From Candidatus Heimdallarchaeota archaeon (GTDB taxonomy: Archaea; Asgardarchaeota; Wukongarchaeia; Wukongarchaeales; JBHIFL01): a DNA stretch of 11,921 nt. The position numbers and the translations under genes are program-made. The stretch is from contig JBHIFL010000107.1 of NCBI GenBank assembly GCA_046761065.1, forward strand, positions 1 to 11,921, written 5' to 3'. Below, one piece after another: positions 7,064-11,921 of the stretch (its first letter is position 1; the number at the start of each line of letters is the position of its first letter). The notes under the pieces are model-generated. The model was not told the DNA's origin and did no database searches. It was given only the letters and a program-made list of their open reading frames with translations.

Positions 7064-7186
7064 CAATTACAAGACAAGAAGAAGACTCCTGAAATCTGCA
7101 TTACCCAGAGAGACTTGTGATTAAATTCGGAAGGTCAATTATTGTTTGAGTAGTCTTAGTAAATATGCAATACAAGTGAGTGAAAA

Positions 7187-8803
7187 ATGAGTCAAAAACC
7201 CGCGAATTTAGCTGATCAGTGGCAAGTAATAAATTTTTCAACTGTTGTCTTAATTGCTACAGCTCTAAGTCTTGTTAAAGGGTTGATTTCTATAAAATTC
7301 TTCACGAACATTCTGTCTACCAAGGAGCTATCATATTTTGCAATAGGCATCGTGGCGATAAACTTCTGCCAGCAAGTTATTTCATTGTATTTGCCTTGGA
7401 CTTTGCCCCGAATTCTTGCTAGGTTCGAGCAGGATTCGGAAAGTGATGAAAAATATGATTATATTGCATCAATCATTGCCCTCTATCTTTTTCTCGGGTT
7501 CCTCCTTTTTGGGGGGTATATTGTTGGAATTCGGCTCTTAGGAGGTGGATCTGGTATTGTTTCGAAGATTGCTCCCATTGCGATTCTTATAGGGATGTTG
7601 TGGTCAATTTCTTTCACATATTTAGGCCTCTCAATCTACCGACAGTCCCCAAAGAACTACCTAGCGATCCAAAATGGAATAGATTACGTCCCACTAATCG
7701 TATCCGTTTTAATCGTTCTGACATTCCAGCGTACGGGCCATACAGCGCTTCAAGGACTATTTATCGGCTATATTGTCGTGACTTTTGGGTTTGCAATTCA
7801 CTATGCCATTCGAGAAAAGATAGGTCATATAAGTATAGACCATATAAGACTTGCTTTGAATTACAGTTCCCCGTTTGCTCTTACGAGTGTATTGGTAATT
7901 CTAACTCCCACAGTGCTTATTTTTCTGGTTCAAGCAATCTTTGAGACGACAGATGTAGCTACATTTTGGGTCGGTTGGTCAGTATCAACGATAGGCTTAT
8001 TGTTTAATGCAATTCCCAATGTGGTTTTTTCTCCCCGTTTATTTCAACTATATGAAACAAAAGGCTTATTTGAAGCACTTGATTTCACGCAAAATTTCTT
8101 GAAAATATATCTATTCCTTGCGATCCCGCTCTTTGCATTGATTGCTTTTTATGCCCAACCCATTGTCGCAATCTTAACGTCGCGTGAATATCTCAACTCA
8201 GCAAGTCTCTTCATCATTTTGCTTGCAGGTCAAATCATCTACGGTGTGTGGAATTTCACAGGGATGGGCATTCCAATCTCGTATCGCGTGTGGGAACTGC
8301 CAAAGAGCTATGCGATCGGTCTTTTAGGGGGATTATTCACGGCTCTTGCGTTAGCGGATTACGGCCCTATCGGAATTGCCTTTGGCTTTCTTGCATGCAA
8401 TTTGATCTTCATCATCATCTCATATTCTGTGACAAAGAGTATTATACGGACCGAATTCGTATCAAAAAAGACATACCTATTGCTATTGTTAGGAGTCCTC
8501 ATTTTCTTCCCTGTACTTTTGCTTACCAGATTCATATTTATTAAAAGCATTCTTCGTCAATTAATCTTGTTCACAATCCTCGCATTGGTCCTTACTGCAA
8601 TCTTTACGCGTGCCAATATTAAATTCATGACCATTCATTCAGAAGAAGTGCGTAGCCTATTCAAACACGCTGGTGCTGAACAACTTCTCGACACTGTGTA
8701 TGTCAACTCTGTTCTCAGCTATCTTGAAAAAATCGAACGAAAAAATAATTTTTCGAATAGCAACGAGAAAAGAACACTAGCATCTGAAAAATTACTAGAA
8801 TGA
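7187..8803 (+). CDS. Oligosaccharide/polysaccharide flippase (Wzx/RfbX, MOP/MATE superfamily; AglR-like)
   Basis: 538 aa with about 14 hydrophobic segments. Wzx-like patterns FTNILSTKELSYF, ALNYSSPF, VFSPRL, and FLAIPL...YAQPIVAILTSREYLNSA. Located among glycosyltransferase genes. Confidence 0.88.
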   Translation: MSQKPANLADQWQVINFSTVVLIATALSLVKGLISIKFFTNILSTKELSYFAIGIVAINFCQQVISLYLPWTLPRILARFEQDSESDEKYDYIASIIALYLFLGFLLFGGYIVGIRLLGGGSGIVSKIAPIAILIGMLWSISFTYLGLSIYRQSPKNYLAIQNGIDYVPLIVSVLIVLTFQRTGHTALQGLFIGYIVVTFGFAIHYAIREKIGHISIDHIRLALNYSSPFALTSVLVILTPTVLIFLVQAIFETTDVATFWVGWSVSTIGLLFNAIPNVVFSPRLFQLYETKGLFEALDFTQNFLKIYLFLAIPLFALIAFYAQPIVAILTSREYLNSASLFIILLAGQIIYGVWNFTGMGIPISYRVWELPKSYAIGLLGGLFTALALADYGPIGIAFGFLACNLIFIIISYSVTKSIIRTEFVSKKTYLLLLLGVLIFFPVLLLTRFIFIKSILRQLILFTILALVLTAIFTRANIKFMTIHSEEVRSLFKHAGAEQLLDTVYVNSVLSYLEKIERKNNFSNSNEKRTLASEKLLE

Positions 8804-8906
8804 CAAAGTTTCTTATTGAAAATAAACCTCTAATAACTTCTGATCATTTATCATAATTTTTGACTAAAAATGCCCAAATAAGCCAATAGAATCTCAAATA
8901 GTTAAT

Positions 8907-10193
8907 TCACCGAGGCAAAGATGAACTTATCACAGCTTGGATATATCTAACAAATTTTTTTCCAATTATTTGCAAAGAATAGTGCTTTGCTATGAGATTA
9001 CATCGCAAAATAGCATTTTGAGGTTTTCGAGTTGAATCTTGTTCCTTAATGATTATCTTTTGAAAAGCTGAAATGATGTTCTGTGGAGTAGTGACCATTA
9101 CTTGTTCTCCGATAGTTTGGTTTTTAGCAAACATTTCGGCGATCCCACCAACGTTAGATGCAATGATCGGTTTTCCGCATGCTAAGGCCTCAAGAAGAAT
9201 CCGAGGGGTCCCTTCCGCAGTGGATAATAAGACCACACAGTCACTCGCATGGATCAAACGGGGCATCCCATCATATGGAACAGAGCCTAAAAACCGTACA
9301 CGATCTTGAACCCCATAATTCAAGACAAGAGATCGTAATTCTTGTTCTAAAGTCCCTGATCCAGCGATTGCAAGTTGAATATGAGGAATCTGGTCCTTAG
9401 AAATATGGACAGCTTCAATAAGGGGGCGAATACCTTTCCCAATTTCCAAACGACCTGCATATAAAAGTACAAAATCATTTGTATTGAATCCTAATTGCTT
9501 TCTTTGAATCTGCCGCTCATTAGCATTATATTCAAATCGTTCAAGATCCACAGAGGTTGGAAGGGAAACGATTCGATCCGAGGCATATTTTTCAAACGTA
9601 TGAATCGTCTTAGAATTATCACAAATCACTAAATCTGCTTTTTGAGCTGATATCACCTCAAGAATAATGAAAAATTGTAGGAATAAATTTGATAATACTG
9701 ATTTTTCACTAAGCGAGTGTAGAATGGCGTTTTTAATAGGATCTCCTCGCTTCCAAGCTATCAGTGGTTTTCTCGAAAGAATACTGACAAGGACAGCTGA
9801 AAAACTACTAAGATATGGTCCCATATCTAGAATAGCGTGCGCCCGAGATTTGATTATTAAGATAAGAGAACAAAGAACGTGAAGTGTTAAAAAGATGAAA
9901 TCCATAAGTAAATTCCATAAAAGGGCTAATTTGCCCATTTTATGTGTTCTCACTTGGGAATATTTAGGGATCAGGCATAAACACACTTTTGATGTTTTAC
10001 TAAGATTGATTTTGCAAAATTGTATTTTTTTGGCCGTTGGTGATGAGAGAACCATTGCAACAGACTCTGATGATTTCATTAAATAACCCAATTCACTTTC
10101 AATAAAATTCCAAAAAACAAAATCTTGTGCTGTTGGGGGAAGGCAGCTAACTGGAATTGCTGACAGAACAACTATCTGAACCATATAACTCAC
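8907..10193 (-). CDS. Glycosyltransferase family 4 (GT-B)
   Basis: 428 aa. Motifs PTSVDLERF, LLYAGRLEIGKG, IAGSG, VRFLGSVP, E-x7-E motif EGTPRILLE followed by ALACGKPIIASNVGG. AGGTGTGA at 10197-10190 suggests the real start is the ATG at 10184. Confidence 0.93.
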   Translation of the reverse strand: MSYMVQIVVLSAIPVSCLPPTAQDFVFWNFIESELGYLMKSSESVAMVLSSPTAKKIQFCKINLSKTSKVCLCLIPKYSQVRTHKMGKLALLWNLLMDFIFLTLHVLCSLILIIKSRAHAILDMGPYLSSFSAVLVSILSRKPLIAWKRGDPIKNAILHSLSEKSVLSNLFLQFFIILEVISAQKADLVICDNSKTIHTFEKYASDRIVSLPTSVDLERFEYNANERQIQRKQLGFNTNDFVLLYAGRLEIGKGIRPLIEAVHISKDQIPHIQLAIAGSGTLEQELRSLVLNYGVQDRVRFLGSVPYDGMPRLIHASDCVVLLSTAEGTPRILLEALACGKPIIASNVGGIAEMFAKNQTIGEQVMVTTPQNIISAFQKIIIKEQDSTRKPQNAILRCNLIAKHYSLQIIGKKFVRYIQAVISSSLPR

Positions 10194-10350
10194 ACCTAGG
10201 TGCAGGAGGAAAGTATTTTGTAAAGATCTTCACTAGTTTGCTGTTTGAAGAAAGAAGTAAAATATTAAAATCTTAAAAACCATTTTGGAAAAAATTACAG
10301 ACGATTATGAATATTTAGATTTATATTTCTTTATTCATTTTGAGGATAAT

Positions 10351-11478
10351 TCAATCAGATATCAGCGATTCGAATACGATTTCATATTGTTTCGCAATTT
10401 TTGCATAAGAATACTTCGTTTCAACAATGGCTCGCCCTTTCTGACCCATTCGATTTCTGCTTTTTGTATTCGATAAGAGTTGTATAATCGCCGATGCAAG
10501 TCGCTGTTCATCTTTTGGAGGTACAACTATCCCTAATTCATTGGCCGCTATATCTTTGGAAGCTGCCACATATTTAGTTGTGATAACAGGTTTTCCACAA
10601 GCCAAAGCTTCCACCGCCACCATCCCAAACCCTTCTTGGCGTCCGTCTTTTGTAGGGGCTGCAACAAGCTCTGAGGCAAAATAGTACTCCATATTCTTAT
10701 ATAATGAAAAGTCCATGAAGTGGACATGTCGCTGCAAGCCAAGTACCCTTGTAAGATTCTCATATGAGGGTTTTAGTTCTCCATTTCCAGCTACAAGAAG
10801 TGAGACTTCAGGAAACTGGAGAATGACTGTCTTGAATGCGCGAAGCAGAATGTCAAGGCCTTTATAGGCATGGAATTTATCTAATTTTGAAATAAAAAGG
10901 ATATAAGGACGTTTTATTCCTGGAGGGCTTATATAACTGGAGGGAAGTTGAAATCGATTTGGATCTATTCCAAGAGTTATTACTGACATTTTAGATTTAT
11001 AATATCTTAGAAAGTCACTTCTTTGCATATAGCCTTCAGAGATAGCAACGATCGCATCAACATTCCTAAGAAGAAAATGTATATATAAGTCTAAAAGGGC
11101 GGTTCGATCAATAGGATCGTTATAGTATGTAAGCACTATAGGAGGAAAGCTTTTTCGAAGTTTGGCGGATATTACGGAAACAAAAGGAGCGAATGCGGGA
11201 GGAAAATGCGTATGCACGATGTCAAACTTTCTAGATTTCATAAAAAGATTCATAAACAAACACGGGTTGATTTGCATTCGATAAATGTTGAATAATGAGG
11301 GAAAACGAAGGATTTGGATGCCATCTCTCAATTCTGATGGCTTATACCCTGGTAACTTCGTAGTGAGAACAGTTACTTCATGGCCCAGGTCTACTAAGTG
11401 TTTTGAAATATCTAGTGCGGCTATTTCGACACCTCCAAGATATGGAGGAAAGAAATCAATAGGAACCAATATGCGCAT
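10351..11478 (-). CDS. Glycosyltransferase family 4 (GT-B; PIG-A/PimA-like N-terminus)
   Basis: 375 aa. N-terminal DFFPPYLGGVE...LVDLGHEVTVLT, then FDIVHTH, YKGLDILL, VAGNG and the E-x7-E motif EGFGMVAVE followed by ALACGKPVI. GGTGA SD at 11493-11489. Confidence 0.95.
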   Translation of the reverse strand: MRILVPIDFFPPYLGGVEIAALDISKHLVDLGHEVTVLTTKLPGYKPSELRDGIQILRFPSLFNIYRMQINPCLFMNLFMKSRKFDIVHTHFPPAFAPFVSVISAKLRKSFPPIVLTYYNDPIDRTALLDLYIHFLLRNVDAIVAISEGYMQRSDFLRYYKSKMSVITLGIDPNRFQLPSSYISPPGIKRPYILFISKLDKFHAYKGLDILLRAFKTVILQFPEVSLLVAGNGELKPSYENLTRVLGLQRHVHFMDFSLYKNMEYYFASELVAAPTKDGRQEGFGMVAVEALACGKPVITTKYVAASKDIAANELGIVVPPKDEQRLASAIIQLLSNTKSRNRMGQKGRAIVETKYSYAKIAKQYEIVFESLISD

Positions 11479-11488
11479 TTTCTTGTTT

Positions 11489-11535
11489 TCACCAGTCCTT
11501 TGTTAACAGTAAGAAATTTTATTTATAATATCTTT
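11489..11535 (-). promoter_or_regulatory. Putative archaeal BRE/TATA box and GGTGA ribosome-binding site for the 10351..11478 GT4
   Basis: The minus strand reads AAAGATA-TTATAAATA (TATA at 11528-11520), and GGTGA lies 10 nt before the ATG at 11478. Confidence 0.5.
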
Positions 11536-11834
11536 AATAACTCAGAGTTTGAATTTAAGGCAATTAAATCACGGTAAAGTCCTATTAACAGAATAAATAA
11601 CATTCTTGGCACATTGACGCTCTTATGAATATATAAATTTACTTTGGGATGAAACTTAAAGACTACTTTGTTCTATTGGAATTTAAGAAATATTCAATTG
11701 ACAGAGAGAGTAAATGCGATTGATTATTGAGTCTTCATAAATAGTAGTATGTAAACCCCAATAATTTTGGTCAGCTCTGTTGAACTGAGTACAACGGAGT
11801 TTAGTTGACATTTAATCACGTTTATAACAAAGAT

Positions 11835-11921
11835 TTATTTGCTTTCCTTCCTTTTGGTAATCATGTTGGAGTAAAAAGCGTCGCTCATCTTCATTACAAG
11901 ATTATTATCCAAAAATCGTTG
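11835..11921 (-). CDS. Possible 3' end of an upstream gene cut by the window edge (unknown product)
   Basis: The minus frame is open from the window end to TAA 11837-11835: QRFLDNNLVMKMSDAFYSNMITKRKESK*. It is co-oriented with the downstream GT4 genes, but 28 codons is weak evidence. Confidence 0.35.
   Translation of the reverse strand, partial: QRFLDNNLVMKMSDAFYSNMITKRKESK

Noticed and set aside
6525-7186. Stop-codon readthrough or alternative genetic code explaining in-frame TAA codons in the GT2 remnant
   Set aside because: Frameshifts and substitutions in catalytic motifs accompany the stops, and intact genes in the window end normally at TAA, TAG or TGA.
7600-8550. ORFs 7600..7944, 8248..8544 and 8359..8550
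   Set aside because: Alternative-frame or antisense ORFs inside the flippase. Their Cys/Arg/Ser-rich composition is what out-of-frame reading of a hydrophobic gene produces.
9073-11506. Small ORFs overlapping the two right-hand GT4 genes
   Set aside because: Antisense or out-of-frame shadows with no motifs.
11683-11811. 42-aa minus-strand ORF MSTKLRCTQFNRADQNYWGLHTTIYEDSIINRIYSLCQLNIS
   Set aside because: Only a weak SD (CGTGAT), the nearby TTATAAA is too close to act as its TATA box, and there is no motif.
1-11921. CRISPR arrays, tRNA/rRNA genes, transposases or integrases
   Set aside because: No regularly spaced nucleotide repeats, cloverleaf-like GC-rich segments or recombinase motifs were seen by eye. 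GGTTCGATCCC at 6768-6778 resembles a tRNA T-loop but lacks the surrounding stems.

Overview
This AT-rich window is a cell-surface glycosylation cluster, most likely archaeal: it has GGTGA-type ribosome-binding sites, TATA-like boxes, GTG/TTG starts and an AglD2-type membrane protein. It holds three GT4 glycosyltransferases, one complete and one 5'-truncated DPM1/Ppm1-like GT2, a lysylphosphatidylglycerol-synthase-TM/flippase-like protein, a Wzx-type flippase and a PIG-L-family de-N-acetylase. It also encodes a doubly membrane-anchored seven-repeat (probable beta-propeller) surface protein with seven N-glycosylation sequons. Manual translation of the intergenic DNA found features the ORF track misses: a heavily decayed third GT2 gene (about 6534-7063), a possible decayed AbrB/MazE-type gene (about 5258-5360) and a 24-bp operator-like palindrome. 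The most interesting hypothesis, which is inference only, is that the PIG-A-like GT4, PIG-L deacetylase, DPM1-like enzyme and flippases form a prokaryotic GPI-like or de-N-acetylated glycolipid pathway. I saw no rRNA, tRNA, CRISPR array or intact mobile element.
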